The notes: generated by a model from the letters alone, not told the origin. Numbered from the stretch's first letter, positions 1 through 11,069 are shown. The stretch is DNA of 64,000 nt from an uncultured Aliarcobacter sp. (GCA_963677435.1 OY781945.1:768001-832000), one strand, 5' to 3'. Translations and numbers: made by a program.

Positions 1-14
1 ATTTTTATTATAGT

Positions 15-68
15 TGTATAAAAAATATACAGCTGTTTTATTTTATTTTATTTTATTTTAGATAAAAT
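15..68 (+). promoter_or_regulatory. glnA promoter region: palindrome TGTATA-N5-TATACA, (TTTTA)5 tract, -10 TAAAAT
   Basis: Palindrome 15-31, five TTTTA units 36-60, TAAAAT 63-68, RBS AAGGAG about 85-90. Confidence 0.5.
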
Positions 69-98
69 GTTTTAAATAATTTTGAAGGAGTTAAACCT

Positions 99-1526
99 AT
101 GGGAAAGTTTGTTAATAATACTGAAGAGTTTTTTGAATATTGTAAAAGTAATGAGGTTAAATTTGTAGATTTTAGATTTACAGATATGAAAGGTATGTGG
201 CACCATGTTACATATATGATGAGTGCTGTTAGTTCATCTCAATTAGATAATGGTATGCCTTTTGATGGTTCGTCAATTGATGCTTGGCAACCAATTCACA
301 GATCAGATATGTTATTAAAACCAGATGTTGGTACTGCATTTTTAGATCCATTTACTGCTGATTCTACAATTATTGTTATTTGTGATGTTTATGACATCTA
401 CAAAGGTGAGATGTATGAAAAATGTCCAAGATCAATTGCTAAAAAAGCTTTAACACATTTAACTGAATCAGGTGTTGGTGATGTTGCTTATTTTGGGCCA
501 GAAAATGAATTTTTTATCTTTGAAGATGTAAAAATTATTGATAAAGCAAATGAATCATACTATAAAGTTGATTCAGAAGATGGTGAATGGAATGATGCTG
601 CTGATATGGAAGGTGGAAACATGGGCCATAGAGCAAGAACTAAAGGTGGTTACTTCCCTGTAGCTCCAATTGATACTGGTGTTGATTTAAGAGCTGAAAT
701 GATGCAAGTATTAGAGCAAGTTGGTTTAGAAGTTGTTCTTGGACACCATGAAGTTGCACAAGGTCAACATGAGTTAGGTGTTGTTTTTGGTGACTTAATT
801 GAAGCTGCTGATAATGTTCAAAAATTAAAATATGTAATCAAAATGGTTGCACATTTAAATGGTAAATCTGCTACATTTATGCCAAAACCACTTTATGGTG
901 ATAATGGAAATGGTATGCATGTACACCAATCAATTTGGAAAGATGGTAAAAACTTATTCTACAAACAAGGTGAGTATGGAAACCTTTCTGAAATGGCTAG
1001 ACATTATATCGGTGGTGTATTTAAACACGCACGTGCAGTTGCTGCATTTACTAATCCATCAACTAACTCTTACAAAAGATTAATTCCAGGATTTGAAGCT
1101 CCTTCAATCTTAACTTACTCTTCACAAAACAGATCTGCATCTTGTAGAATTCCTTATGGTGCTGGTGAAAAAGCAACTAGAATTGAAATGAGATTCCCAG
1201 ATTCAACTGCTTGTCCTTATTTAGGATTTGCTGCAATGTTATGTGCTGGATTAGATGGTATTAAAAACAAATATGAGCCAGTAGGTCCAATGGATGATGA
1301 CTTATTTGAATTACCATTAGATGAAATTAGAGAAAGAGGAATTCCTCAAATGCCTCATACTTTAAGAGGTGCATTAGAAGCATTAGTAAGAGATAATGAT
1401 TTCTTACAACCAGTATTTACAAAAGATATGATAGATACTTACCAACATTATAAATTTGAAACTCAAGTATGGCCTTATGAAGCAAGACCTACTCCATTTG
1501 AATTAAAAACTACATATTCTTGCTAG
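99..1526 (+). CDS. glnA: Glutamine synthetase type I
   Basis: Motifs [42 protein letters not shown]. Confidence 0.98.
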   Translation: MGKFVNNTEEFFEYCKSNEVKFVDFRFTDMKGMWHHVTYMMSAVSSSQLDNGMPFDGSSIDAWQPIHRSDMLLKPDVGTAFLDPFTADSTIIVICDVYDIYKGEMYEKCPRSIAKKALTHLTESGVGDVAYFGPENEFFIFEDVKIIDKANESYYKVDSEDGEWNDAADMEGGNMGHRARTKGGYFPVAPIDTGVDLRAEMMQVLEQVGLEVVLGHHEVAQGQHELGVVFGDLIEAADNVQKLKYVIKMVAHLNGKSATFMPKPLYGDNGNGMHVHQSIWKDGKNLFYKQGEYGNLSEMARHYIGGVFKHARAVAAFTNPSTNSYKRLIPGFEAPSILTYSSQNRSASCRIPYGAGEKATRIEMRFPDSTACPYLGFAAMLCAGLDGIKNKYEPVGPMDDDLFELPLDEIRERGIPQMPHTLRGALEALVRDNDFLQPVFTKDMIDTYQHYKFETQVWPYEARPTPFELKTTYSC

Positions 1527-1544
1527 TATAAATTTAATTTAAAT

Positions 1545-1579
1545 AAAAAAGGGTAAGTTTTAAAACTTACCCTTTTTTT
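1545..1579. terminator. Bidirectional intrinsic terminator
   Basis: AAAAAAGGGTAAGTTT..AAACTTACCCTTTTTTT between convergent glnA and pbp1A. Confidence 0.85.
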
Positions 1580-1614
1580 ATGTCTGAAATTTTAATGATT
1601 AGAAAAACTAATCA

Positions 1615-3588
1615 TTAGAAATCTAAAACTTCTTGTCCTGGATTTTGTGGTTCAACTTGGAACTCAACATCAGGAAGAGGAGACATATCCGTATAAAGTT
1701 CATCTTTACCTTTAATATTTGATGTATAAACATTTGGAGGCATTACAAAAGTTCTAGGGATTTCTGGATGTATTTCCATATATTTTTTATAATAATTAGA
1801 AAATGCTGGACCTGCAATTCTTCCACCAGTTTCTGTTCTTCTCATTGGTGTATTATTATCATTTCCAAACCAAATTATAGTTTGAATTGATGGTGAATAT
1901 CCACAAAACCAAGCATCAATATTATCATTAGTTGTTCCAGTTTTTCCAGCAATTTCAATACCTGGAACTTGCGCATTTTTTCCAGTACCATTATTTACAA
2001 CATTATTTAATATAGTAGTCATTAAATAAATTTGTTCAGGTTTTTCAATTTCTTTTGTTTGTGGGCCAAATGTTACAGTATTACCACTTTGATTTACAAT
2101 TTGTTCAATTATATAAGGTTTTACTTGAGTACCAGCATTTGAGAACATGCTATAAGATTCACTATAATCAATTAATGAAACACTCATCGAACCAAGAGTG
2201 ATTGATAGATTGTTAGGTACATCATTAAATCCATAATTTTTTAATTCTTTCATTACTGTATCAATTCCAACATCTGTTACTAAATTTAAAGTAGATAAAT
2301 TTCTTGAATCTGTTAATGATTCTTTAAGACTTACAATTCCTTCAAATTTTCCACCATAATTTTTGGGTTGCCATTTTTTCTGTACACCACCAACCGTATA
2401 ATTAAAAGTTCTTGATATATCAATTAATTGTGATGCAGGATTGTAGCCATTATCTAATGCAACTTGATATAAGAAAGGTTTGATTGAACTTCCTGCTTGT
2501 CTTTTTGATTGAAAAGCTCTATTAAACATTGATTGATTATAATCAATTCCACCACAAAGAGCTAAAATTTTCCCTGAATTGTTTTCCATAGATACAAGTG
2601 CACCATTTAACTCTTTTACATATGAGTCATCATTTGGCTTATTTTCTCTTTTTCTAAAATCTAAATCTCTTTTTAATGCTTCATTATATGCGTCTTTTAA
2701 ACTATTTTGTGCAATTTCTTGGGCATCTAAGTCAATAGTTAAATAAACTTTGTATCCACCATACAAAATATCTGGAATATCATTACTTAATAAACTTATT
2801 GCATAATCAACTGCATATGGAGCTAGATTTTTAGTTAAACTCTGATTATAAATCGTAGGAGTTTCTTTCATTGAACTTTCATATTGTTCTTTATTTATCC
2901 AACCTAATGTATTAAGTCTTGTAATAACTTGATTTGCTCGGGCTAGTGAGATTTTTAGATTTTTTGTAGGATCATAAAAACTAGGAGCCCTTGGAAGTCC
3001 TACTAATATTGCCATTTCTTTTAATGATAACTCATATAAATCTTTATTAAAATATCCCTTAGCTGCTGTTTTTATTCCATAATAACCATGACCAAAATAT
3101 ACATGATTCAAATATCTTTCTAAAATCTCTTCTTTTGTTAAAACAGTTTCAAGTCTAATAGCTAGAAGTGCTTCTTTTACTTTTCTTAATAATTTCTTTT
3201 CTCTAGTTAGAATTAGCATTTTAATTAATTGTTGAGTTAAAGTACTAGCTCCTTCAACAAATCCACCAGCTTTGATATCTTTTATTATTGCACGACTTAT
3301 TGCATCTGGATTAATACCATGATGTTCAAAAAATTGTGTATCTTCAATCGCAACTAAGCCTTCAATAATTCTTGCAGGAATATCATCATATTTTACATAT
3401 TCTCTATTTTCATCTTTGAAAGTATTTGCAATTAATTTTCCATTTCTATCAAAAAATTGAGTACTTTGTTTTGGTGTGTAGTTTACAACTACATCAATGT
3501 CATGTTTTATTTCGTCATATAGATTATATAGCCAACCAGCAGCAGCTAATCCTAAAATAATAAATAAACCAAAAATATATTTCATCAT
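1615..3588 (-). CDS. mrcA: Penicillin-binding protein 1A family (transglycosylase/transpeptidase)
   Basis: N-terminal TM, EDxxFxxHxG, GASTLTQQ, SxxK (GSSIKP), SxN, KTGT. Confidence 0.93.
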   Translation of the reverse strand: MMKYIFGLFIILGLAAAGWLYNLYDEIKHDIDVVVNYTPKQSTQFFDRNGKLIANTFKDENREYVKYDDIPARIIEGLVAIEDTQFFEHHGINPDAISRAIIKDIKAGGFVEGASTLTQQLIKMLILTREKKLLRKVKEALLAIRLETVLTKEEILERYLNHVYFGHGYYGIKTAAKGYFNKDLYELSLKEMAILVGLPRAPSFYDPTKNLKISLARANQVITRLNTLGWINKEQYESSMKETPTIYNQSLTKNLAPYAVDYAISLLSNDIPDILYGGYKVYLTIDLDAQEIAQNSLKDAYNEALKRDLDFRKRENKPNDDSYVKELNGALVSMENNSGKILALCGGIDYNQSMFNRAFQSKRQAGSSIKPFLYQVALDNGYNPASQLIDISRTFNYTVGGVQKKWQPKNYGGKFEGIVSLKESLTDSRNLSTLNLVTDVGIDTVMKELKNYGFNDVPNNLSITLGSMSVSLIDYSESYSMFSNAGTQVKPYIIEQIVNQSGNTVTFGPQTKEIEKPEQIYLMTTILNNVVNNGTGKNAQVPGIEIAGKTGTTNDNIDAWFCGYSPSIQTIIWFGNDNNTPMRRTETGGRIAGPAFSNYYKKYMEIHPEIPRTFVMPPNVYTSNIKGKDELYTDMSPLPDVEFQVEPQNPGQEVLDF

Positions 3589-3589
3589 A

Positions 3590-4285
3590 TTATGTCCTAA
3601 AATTTTTATTTTTAAATGTTGAGTTAATTAGTCTTTTTGTGTAATCTTCTTTGGGTGTTGATAAAATATCATTAGTTGAACCTTTTTCAATTATCTCTCC
3701 ATTTTTTAAAATTATTATATTTTCACAAATTGTTTTAATTGAGTTTATATCGTGGGTTACAAATAGAATTAATATATTTAATCTATTTTTTATTTCATTT
3801 ATTAAATCAATAATATTGTTTTTGTTCTCTTCATCTAAGGCAGTTGTTGGCTCATCAAGTAATAGTAGTTTCACATCACGACTTAACGCAATTGCAATAA
3901 CAACTCTTTGAATTTGCCCACCACTTAATTGAGAAGGAAATTTTTTTAATATACTTTTATCAAGGCTAACTAAATTTAAAACTTCTTCTTTTTTTTCATC
4001 ACTACAAAAAAATTGATTTTTAATTCTTGTCATTGTTGATAGTGATGTAAATGGATTTTGTGGAATAAATCCAATTGTATGATAATTTAACTCAAAATTT
4101 GAATCAATTTGTTTTTCAACTTGTAAAGATGTTGGAAGTAGATTTAATAGAGCTTTTAAAGTTAATGATTTTCCACTTCCACTTTCACCAATTAACGCTG
4201 TAGAAGTTGATATATCAAAAGATATATCAACTAGTTTTTTTTCGTTGTTTTTTATTTCTAATTTTTTTATATTAATATTTAACAC
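3590..4285 (-). CDS. ABC transporter ATP-binding protein (dipeptide/oligopeptide-like)
   Basis: Walker A GESGSGKS, LSGGQ, LLLDEPTTALD; GTG start. Confidence 0.9.
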   Translation of the reverse strand: MLNINIKKLEIKNNEKKLVDISFDISTSTALIGESGSGKSLTLKALLNLLPTSLQVEKQIDSNFELNYHTIGFIPQNPFTSLSTMTRIKNQFFCSDEKKEEVLNLVSLDKSILKKFPSQLSGGQIQRVVIAIALSRDVKLLLLDEPTTALDEENKNNIIDLINEIKNRLNILILFVTHDINSIKTICENIIILKNGEIIEKGSTNDILSTPKEDYTKRLINSTFKNKNFRT

Positions 4286-4294
4286 AATTTTTCT

Positions 4295-5770
4295 TTATAT
4301 TAATGGTTCATCCATCTCTTGAGGGATTTCTAAATTCATAAGTTTTAACACAGTTGGAGCTATATTATTTAAACTTCCTGTTTTAACAACTTTGACACTA
4401 TTTGCGATAATAAAACAATAAACATCGCCAACTGTATGATTTGTTAAAGTATTTCCATCTTCATCTCTCATCATTTCACAATTTCCATGATCAGATGTTA
4501 ATATAACATTATAATTCTCTTTTTTTGCAACATCTAAAATTAATCCTAATTCATAATCAACAGCCTCGACAGCTTTAACTGCTGCATCAAAAATACCAGT
4601 GTGTCCAACCATATCACCATTTGCAAAATTTACTACGATAAAGTCTGTTTGTTCTTTCATAGCTATTCTTACAGCACTACCTACTTGTGGAGCTGACATT
4701 TCAGGTTGTAAATCATATGTTGCAACGGCAGGTGATGGAATTAGTACTCTAGTTTCATTTAATAAAGGTTCTTCAACTCCACCATTAAAGAAAAATGTAA
4801 CATGGGCATATTTCTCAGTTTCAGCTGTGTGAAGTTGAGATAATCCAGCATTTGAAATAACTTCAGCTAAAGTATTAGTTGGTGCATCTTTTGGAAATAA
4901 AACATCAATAGGATTGTTTTTATCATACTGTGTCATAGTTGCAAGATTTAAAGAATCTTTGAAAGTAGGGAATTCAATAAAATCTTTATTTACAAATACA
5001 GATGAAATTTCTCTCATTCTATCACTTCTAAAATTGCAAAAGATTATCCCATCATTCTGTTTTAGTCCTTCATAATTATCAAAAGCTGTAGGAGTTATAA
5101 ATTCGTCAAAAATTTGATTTTTATAAGAGTCATCAATATAAGTTAAAATATCAGTTGATGTTGAAGGTTGTGCAAAAGTAATTGCATCATAACCTTTTTT
5201 TACTCTGTCCCATCTATTGTCTCTATCCATTGTGTAATATCTTCCAGAAATAGTTGCAATTTTAATATCTTCATCACAGATGCTAAGAATCTGATTAATA
5301 TAAATTTTCGCACAATCAGGAGCAACATCTCTTCCATCAGTAATTATATGGATAAAAACTTTCTTATTAGAAGATTTTGCAATTTTTGCCATTGCAATTA
5401 TATGATCAATATGAGAATGAACTCCTCCATCACTTAAAAGTCCAAGTAGATGAATATTATTAGATTTATTTAAAATATTTTTAAAAATTGTATTATCTTT
5501 TAAAGTATCATTTTCAATAGCAATATTTATTTTTACTAAATCTTGATATAAGATTCTACCACTTCCAATAGTCATATGTCCTACTTCACTATTTCCCATT
5601 TGTCCATCAGGAAGACCAACAAATTTTCCATAAGTATGAATTAATGAATAAGGAGCATTTTTGAATAAATAATCATATGTTGGAGTTTTGGCACTAGCAA
5701 AAGCATTAAATTTATCTGAAGAGTTGTGTCCTATTCCATCAGTTATTATAAGTAGTGTTTTATTTGTCAT
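4295..5770 (-). CDS. gpmI: 2,3-bisphosphoglycerate-independent phosphoglycerate mutase
   Basis: GQMGNSEVGH, SDGGVHSH, DGRD, AETEKYAHVT, DMVGH, DHGN. Confidence 0.97.
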   Translation of the reverse strand: MTNKTLLIITDGIGHNSSDKFNAFASAKTPTYDYLFKNAPYSLIHTYGKFVGLPDGQMGNSEVGHMTIGSGRILYQDLVKINIAIENDTLKDNTIFKNILNKSNNIHLLGLLSDGGVHSHIDHIIAMAKIAKSSNKKVFIHIITDGRDVAPDCAKIYINQILSICDEDIKIATISGRYYTMDRDNRWDRVKKGYDAITFAQPSTSTDILTYIDDSYKNQIFDEFITPTAFDNYEGLKQNDGIIFCNFRSDRMREISSVFVNKDFIEFPTFKDSLNLATMTQYDKNNPIDVLFPKDAPTNTLAEVISNAGLSQLHTAETEKYAHVTFFFNGGVEEPLLNETRVLIPSPAVATYDLQPEMSAPQVGSAVRIAMKEQTDFIVVNFANGDMVGHTGIFDAAVKAVEAVDYELGLILDVAKKENYNVILTSDHGNCEMMRDEDGNTLTNHTVGDVYCFIIANSVKVVKTGSLNNIAPTVLKLMNLEIPQEMDEPLI

Positions 5771-5838
5771 GATTTAAACCTTTTAAAAAGTATAATATAT
5801 TATAATCGCGCATATTATATCAAAATCAAGGTTTAAGT

Positions 5839-6900
5839 TTGTTTTATTGGTTCTATAGACATCTAGAGATTAATATCTTTCAATATATTTCAGTGCGAGC
5901 TGGAATTAGTTTTTTTATTGCTTTTGTTTTAACAATGTATTTAATGCCAAAATTTATTGCTTGGGCAAAAAGTAAAAAAGCCTCACAACCAATTTATGAA
6001 CATGCACCAGAATCTCATCAAGCAAAAGCAGGAACCCCAACTATGGGAGGAGTAGTTTTTATTTTTTCTACGATTATTGCAACACTTTTAACTGCTAAAT
6101 TAAGTAATTTTTATGTAGTTGGGGGGTTAATGACTTTAGCCCTTTTTTCTTTTATTGGTATTCAAGATGATTATTCAAAAATTTCAAAAGAAAAAAACTC
6201 AGCAGGCTTAAGTGCAAGAGCTAAATTAGTATTACAATTTGTTTGTGCTTTTATTATTGCATTTATCCTTTATATCTATTCTCATACTACAGAATTATAT
6301 ACACCGTTTTATAAACTTCCTCTTTTTGATATGGGAATCTTTGCATTAGTATTATGGATGATGGTTATTGTTGCTTCTTCAAATGCAGTGAATTTAACTG
6401 ATGGTTTAGATGGATTAGCTACAGTTCCTTCAATTATGGCATTTGTTTCTCTTTCAGTGTTAGTTTATATTACTGGTCATGCTATTTTCTCATCATATTT
6501 ATTATTACCTAATATTCAAATCGCTGGCGAATTAGCAGTGATGGGTAGTGGAATTTGTGGAGCTTTAATTGCCTTTTTATGGTTTAATTCTCATCCTGCT
6601 GAAGTATTTATGGGAGATTCTGGTTCTTTGCCTTTAGGTGCATTTATGGGTTATATGGCAATAGTAGCAAAATCTGAATTACTTTTATTAGCAATTGGAT
6701 TTATATTCGTATTAGAAACTGTATCTGTTATTTTACAAGTTGGTTCTTATAAATTACGACAAAAAAGAGTTTTTTTAATGGCACCAATTCATCATCACTT
6801 TGAAAAAAAAGGTTGGAAAGAAAATAAAATAATTGTGCGATTTTGGATTATCGCATTTATGACAAATTTACTTGCACTATTAAGTTTAAAAATTAGATAA
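5839..6900 (+). CDS. mraY: Phospho-N-acetylmuramoyl-pentapeptide transferase
   Basis: [40 protein letters not shown] start. Confidence 0.97.
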   Translation: MFYWFYRHLEINIFQYISVRAGISFFIAFVLTMYLMPKFIAWAKSKKASQPIYEHAPESHQAKAGTPTMGGVVFIFSTIIATLLTAKLSNFYVVGGLMTLALFSFIGIQDDYSKISKEKNSAGLSARAKLVLQFVCAFIIAFILYIYSHTTELYTPFYKLPLFDMGIFALVLWMMVIVASSNAVNLTDGLDGLATVPSIMAFVSLSVLVYITGHAIFSSYLLLPNIQIAGELAVMGSGICGALIAFLWFNSHPAEVFMGDSGSLPLGAFMGYMAIVAKSELLLLAIGFIFVLETVSVILQVGSYKLRQKRVFLMAPIHHHFEKKGWKENKIIVRFWIIAFMTNLLALLSLKIR

Positions 6901-6910
6901 AGAATAAATA

Positions 6911-8083
6911 ATGATTACAAATAATGAAAAAATTAGAATATTAGGAAAAGGTATTACAGCACTTGCTTTAAAAGATAAGTTTCCTAATGCGATATTGTAT
7001 GATGATAATGATTTTAATGAATATGATGTTAACTCTAATGAGTATACAGTTGTAAGTCCTGGAATTCCACCATATAATAAAATGATATTAAATTCAAAAA
7101 ATTTAATTAGTGATTATGATTTATTTGGGCCAATTATGCCTTTTTCTATTTGGATTTCAGGAACAAATGGAAAAACAACAACTACACAAATGTGTCAACA
7201 TTTATTAAGAGAGTATAAATCAATTTATGGTGGAAATATTGGAGTGCCACTTAGTCATTTAGATGAAAAAGCACCTATATGGATATTAGAGACTTCATCT
7301 TTTACTTTACACTATACAAATAAAAGTAAACCAAATATTTATATCTTACTTCCTATTTCAGAAGATCATATTACATGGCATGGAACATTTGACGAATATA
7401 AAAATGCAAAATTAAAACCTTTATCTTTAATGAATGAAAATGATATAGCAATAATTCCAAGCGAATTTAAAAATTTTAAAACAAATGCTCATCTAATTAC
7501 ATATGAGAACAGTGATGATTTGTGTAAGCATTTTAATATTGACAAAACAAAAATTAAATTTAATGAACCCTTTTTATTAGATGCAATTTTAGCAATGGCT
7601 ACAAGAAAAATCTTATTTGATGAAATAAACTATGAGCTAATAAATGAATTTATAATTGATAAACATAAAGTTGAAGAGTTTAAAGATAGTAAAAATAGAC
7701 TATGGATTGATGATAGTAAAGCTACAAATGTTGATGCAACAATAAATGCAATAGTTCCATATAAAGATAAAAATATACATATAATATTAGGTGGAGATGA
7801 TAAGGGTGCTAATTTAATACCACTTTTTGAGAATATAAAAGGTTTAGATATTAATGTTTATGCAATAGGTAGTAATACTCAGAAGATCGTAAAATATTGC
7901 AAAGAATATAAAATAAATGCTCAAAGTTGCACTTATCTAGATGTAGCTGTTAAAGAAATTGATTTATTATTAAAAGAAAATTCAATCGGAATGTTATCTC
8001 CAGCTGCAGCTTCATTGGATCAATTTAAGTCTTATGCTCATAGGGGGAATGAATTTAAAAATTTAGTATATTCTTTAAGTTAA
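6911..8083 (+). CDS. murD: UDP-N-acetylmuramoyl-L-alanine--D-glutamate ligase
   Basis: SPGIP, GTNGKTTT, GGNIG, DDSKATN, LSPAAAS; follows mraY. Confidence 0.95.
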   Translation: MITNNEKIRILGKGITALALKDKFPNAILYDDNDFNEYDVNSNEYTVVSPGIPPYNKMILNSKNLISDYDLFGPIMPFSIWISGTNGKTTTTQMCQHLLREYKSIYGGNIGVPLSHLDEKAPIWILETSSFTLHYTNKSKPNIYILLPISEDHITWHGTFDEYKNAKLKPLSLMNENDIAIIPSEFKNFKTNAHLITYENSDDLCKHFNIDKTKIKFNEPFLLDAILAMATRKILFDEINYELINEFIIDKHKVEEFKDSKNRLWIDDSKATNVDATINAIVPYKDKNIHIILGGDDKGANLIPLFENIKGLDINVYAIGSNTQKIVKYCKEYKINAQSCTYLDVAVKEIDLLLKENSIGMLSPAAASLDQFKSYAHRGNEFKNLVYSLS

Positions 8084-8101
8084 TATTAATAATTTAATTT
8101 G

Positions 8102-8107
8102 TATAAT
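8102..8107 (+). promoter_or_regulatory. -10 box of tRNA cluster
   Basis: TATAAT 18 nt upstream of tRNA-Phe. Confidence 0.55.
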
Positions 8108-8125
8108 CTCACTCCAATTTGCATT

Positions 8126-8201
8126 GGTTCGATAGCTCAGTCGGTAGAGCAAAGGATTGAAAATCCTTGTGTCGACAGTTCGATTCTGTCTCGAACCACC
8201 A
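8126..8201 (+). tRNA. tRNA-Phe(GAA)
   Basis: Cloverleaf, anticodon arm AAGGA-TTGAAAA-TCCTT, GTTCGA T-loop, CCA end. Confidence 0.97.
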
Positions 8202-8210
8202 TTTGTGGAT

Positions 8211-8287
8211 GCTGGTGTAGCTCAGTTGGCTAGAGCAGCTGATTTGTAATCAGCAGGTCGGGGGTTCGACTCCCTTCACCAGCTCCA
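8211..8287 (+). tRNA. tRNA-Thr(TGT)
   Basis: Anticodon arm GCTGA-TTTGTAA-TCAGC, CCA end. Confidence 0.97.
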
Positions 8288-8347
8288 TTTCGTCGTGCGT
8301 CTTCTTTTAAAGAACAGCGCTTGACCAGAACAATAATATTTTTCAAC

Positions 8348-8432
8348 GGTGAGGTTGGAGAGTGGTCAAATCCTGCGGACTGTAAATCCGCCGCCTACGG
8401 CTTCGAAGGTTCGAATCCTTCTCTCACCACCA
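8348..8432 (+). tRNA. tRNA-Tyr(GTA)
   Basis: Anticodon arm GCGGA-CTGTAAA-TCCGC, long variable arm, CCA end. Confidence 0.97.
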
Positions 8433-8442
8433 CGCAAATGTT

Positions 8443-8519
8443 GCGGGAGTAGCTCAGTTGGCTAGAGCTTCTGCCTTCCAAGCAGACTGTCGCGAGTTCG
8501 AGTCTCGTCTCCCGCTCCA
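8443..8519 (+). tRNA. tRNA-Gly(TCC)
   Basis: Anticodon arm TCTGC-CTTCCAA-GCAGA, CCA end. Confidence 0.97.
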
Positions 8520-8742
8520 TTTATTTTTATTGATTACTGGGAGCTGAGTTATAAGCACAATATTTTTTTTATAACTCTTATATATATTATATCTTCCATT
8601 AAAGTTTTTTTCAGTATTTTTTAAATATAATACGCACACAATTTTATTGTGTAATTTAAATAATTAAATCCCCTCTGAATAGAGAAGCCAAATGGGCTTA
8701 TCTACTCAGAGGGCAATAACCAAAATTTAGAAGGGGAATTCT

Positions 8743-9951
8743 ATGGCAAAAGAAAAGTTTTCAAGAAACAAACCGCACGTTAATATCGGTACAATCGGTC
8801 ACGTTGACCACGGTAAAACTACATTAACAGCAGCAATTTCTGCAGTATTATCTGTAAGAGATGGTGGAGCAATGATGGATTACGATCAAATCGATAATGC
8901 ACCAGAAGAAAGAGAAAGAGGAATTACTATTGCTACTTCTCATATTGAGTATGAAACAAAATCTAGACATTACGCTCACGTTGATTGTCCAGGCCATGCC
9001 GATTACGTTAAAAATATGATTACTGGTGCTGCTCAAATGGATGGTGCTATTATTGTTATTGCAGCAACAGATGGTCCTATGGCTCAAACTAGAGAGCACA
9101 TCTTATTATCTAAACAAGTAGGTGTACCATACATCGTTGTTTTCTTAAATAAAGAAGATCAATTAGATGATGAAGACAGAGAAGAAATGTTAGAACTTGT
9201 TGAAATGGAAGTTAGAGAATTATTATCTACTTACGATTTCCCAGGTGATGATACTCCTATCGTTGCTGGTTCAGCATTTAAAGCATTAGAAGAAGCAAAA
9301 GCTGGTTCTATTGGTTTCTGGGGAGAAAAAATTATTGCATTAATGGATGCAGTTGATGCTTATATCCCAACTCCTGAAAGAGATGTTGATCAAGATTTCT
9401 TAATGCCAGTTGAAGATGTATTCTCTATCTCTGGAAGAGGAACTGTTGTTACTGGAAGAATTGAAAAAGGTACAATTAAAATTGGTGAAACTATTGAAAT
9501 CGTTGGATTCTCTGATACTAAAACAACTACTGTAACTGGTGTTGAAATGTTCAGAAAAGAAATGGAACAAGGTCAAGCTGGAGATAATTGTGGTATTCTT
9601 TTAAGAGGTATTAAAAAAGAAGATGTAGAAAGAGGACAAGTTTTATGTAAACCTAAAACTATTACTCCACATACTAAATTTAGATGTGAAGTTTATATTC
9701 TTTCTAAAGATGAAGGTGGTAGACATACTCCATTCTTCTCAGGATACAGACCACAATTTTACGTAAGAACAACAGACGTAACAGGTTCTTGTACTTTACC
9801 AGAAGGTACAGAAATGGTTATGCCAGGTGATAACGTAGAAATGACAGTTGAATTAGTTGCTCCAATCGCTCTAGACAAAGGTACAAAGTTTGCTATTAGA
9901 GAAGGTGGTAGAACTGTAGGTGCTGGAGTTGTTGCTGAAATCATTGAATAA
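8743..9951 (+). CDS. tuf: Elongation factor Tu
   Basis: [34 protein letters not shown]. Confidence 0.99.
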   Translation: MAKEKFSRNKPHVNIGTIGHVDHGKTTLTAAISAVLSVRDGGAMMDYDQIDNAPEERERGITIATSHIEYETKSRHYAHVDCPGHADYVKNMITGAAQMDGAIIVIAATDGPMAQTREHILLSKQVGVPYIVVFLNKEDQLDDEDREEMLELVEMEVRELLSTYDFPGDDTPIVAGSAFKALEEAKAGSIGFWGEKIIALMDAVDAYIPTPERDVDQDFLMPVEDVFSISGRGTVVTGRIEKGTIKIGETIEIVGFSDTKTTTVTGVEMFRKEMEQGQAGDNCGILLRGIKKEDVERGQVLCKPKTITPHTKFRCEVYILSKDEGGRHTPFFSGYRPQFYVRTTDVTGSCTLPEGTEMVMPGDNVEMTVELVAPIALDKGTKFAIREGGRTVGAGVVAEIIE

Positions 9952-9960
9952 GGATTTATA

Positions 9961-10128
9961 ATGGCAAACATTAGAATTAAAATCGGATTAAAATGTCAAG
10001 AGAATGGTGATATTAACTATACTACTTGGAAGAATCCAAAAACTCATACTGAAAAGTTTGAAGTTAAAAAATATAGCCCAAGATTAAAGAAACACACTTT
10101 ACACAAAGAAGTGAAACTTAAATCGTAA
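9961..10128 (+). CDS. rpmG: 50S ribosomal protein L33 (55 aa, absent from ORF track)
   Basis: Manual translation [55 protein letters not shown]; canonical position between tuf and tRNA-Trp. Confidence 0.95.
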   Translation: MANIRIKIGLKCQENGDINYTTWKNPKTHTEKFEVKKYSPRLKKHTLHKEVKLKS

Positions 10129-10132
10129 TTTT

Positions 10133-10164
10133 ATGAGCTTATGGTTGAAAAATCATAAGCTCAT
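10133..10164 (+). other. Stem-loop between rpmG and tRNA-Trp
   Basis: ATGAGCTTATGGTT-GAAA-AATCATAAGCTCAT, 14-bp stem with GNRA loop. Confidence 0.6.
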
Positions 10165-10174
10165 TTCAACAAAT

Positions 10175-10250
10175 AGGTCAGTAGCTCCAATGGTAGAGCG
10201 CCGGATTCCAAATCCGATGGTTGTGGGTTCGAGTCCCTCCTGGCCTGCCA
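10175..10250 (+). tRNA. tRNA-Trp(CCA)
   Basis: Anticodon arm CGGA-TTCCAAA-TCCG, CCA end, upstream of secE. Confidence 0.96.
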
Positions 10251-10331
10251 CTTTAAATTTTTTTAAAAGAAGTAGATCTCTTTTTTTGAAAGAATTTATT
10301 AAATATAATAGCAATCAAAAATGGAGTAAGT

Positions 10332-10514
10332 GTGAATAGAGTTAAAAATTACTATCAAAATGCAAAATCAGAATTACTAAAAGTTATTTTCCCTATTAAA
10401 GAGCAAATTAGATCTGCATATTTATCTGTTTTTATCGTTGTTACTGTAATAACTTTATTTTTAGCTTTAATTGATGGAATAATGTCATTAAGCTTATCTT
10501 CAATTATTAACTAA
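10332..10514 (+). CDS. secE: Preprotein translocase subunit SecE
   Basis: ELLKVIFP motif plus one TM; position before nusG. Confidence 0.93.
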   Translation: MNRVKNYYQNAKSELLKVIFPIKEQIRSAYLSVFIVVTVITLFLALIDGIMSLSLSSIIN

Positions 10515-10524
10515 GGAAGTAATT

Positions 10525-11052
10525 ATGGCACATAAATGGTATGCAATTCAAACTTATTCAGGTAGTGAATTATCAGTTAAAAAAGCTTTACTACAATTAT
10601 CAGAAGAAATGGCTGACGATAGAATATCAGATGTATTAGTTCCTACTGAAGATTTAATTGAAATAAAAAAAGGTAAGAAGTCTATCGTTGAAAGACCATT
10701 ATACCCAGCATATGCTTTTGCTAGAATAGATTTAGATACTGGGTTATGGCATAGAATTCAATCAATGCCAAAAGTTGGAAGATTCATTGGTGAATCAAAA
10801 AAACCAACTGCTTTATCTGACAAAGATATCAATTTGATTTTAGAAAAAGTTAAAAATAGAGCAGCAGCGAAACCAAAAGTTTCATTTGAAGAAGGTGAAA
10901 TGGTTAGAATTAATGAAGGTCCATTCTCTAACTTTAATGGTTTAGTTGAAGATTTTGATATGGTTTCTGGATTATTAAAATTAAATGTTTCTATTTTTGG
11001 AAGAAATACACCAGTCGAAATTTCATACACTCAAGTAGAAAGAGTAGTTTGA
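10525..11052 (+). CDS. nusG: Transcription termination/antitermination factor NusG
   Basis: KWYAIQTYSG, YPAYAF, KOW domain GPFSNF, VSIFGRNTPVE. Confidence 0.98.
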   Translation: MAHKWYAIQTYSGSELSVKKALLQLSEEMADDRISDVLVPTEDLIEIKKGKKSIVERPLYPAYAFARIDLDTGLWHRIQSMPKVGRFIGESKKPTALSDKDINLILEKVKNRAAAKPKVSFEEGEMVRINEGPFSNFNGLVEDFDMVSGLLKLNVSIFGRNTPVEISYTQVERVV

Positions 11053-11069
11053 TTTAAAAAAAATAATTG

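Noticed and set aside
8454..8639. 61-aa minus-strand ORF
   Set aside because: Antisense to tRNA-Gly; WSGRRDSNSR is the typical tRNA shadow translation
10133..10339. 68-aa ORF in the track
   Set aside because: Runs through tRNA-Trp and a hairpin; spurious
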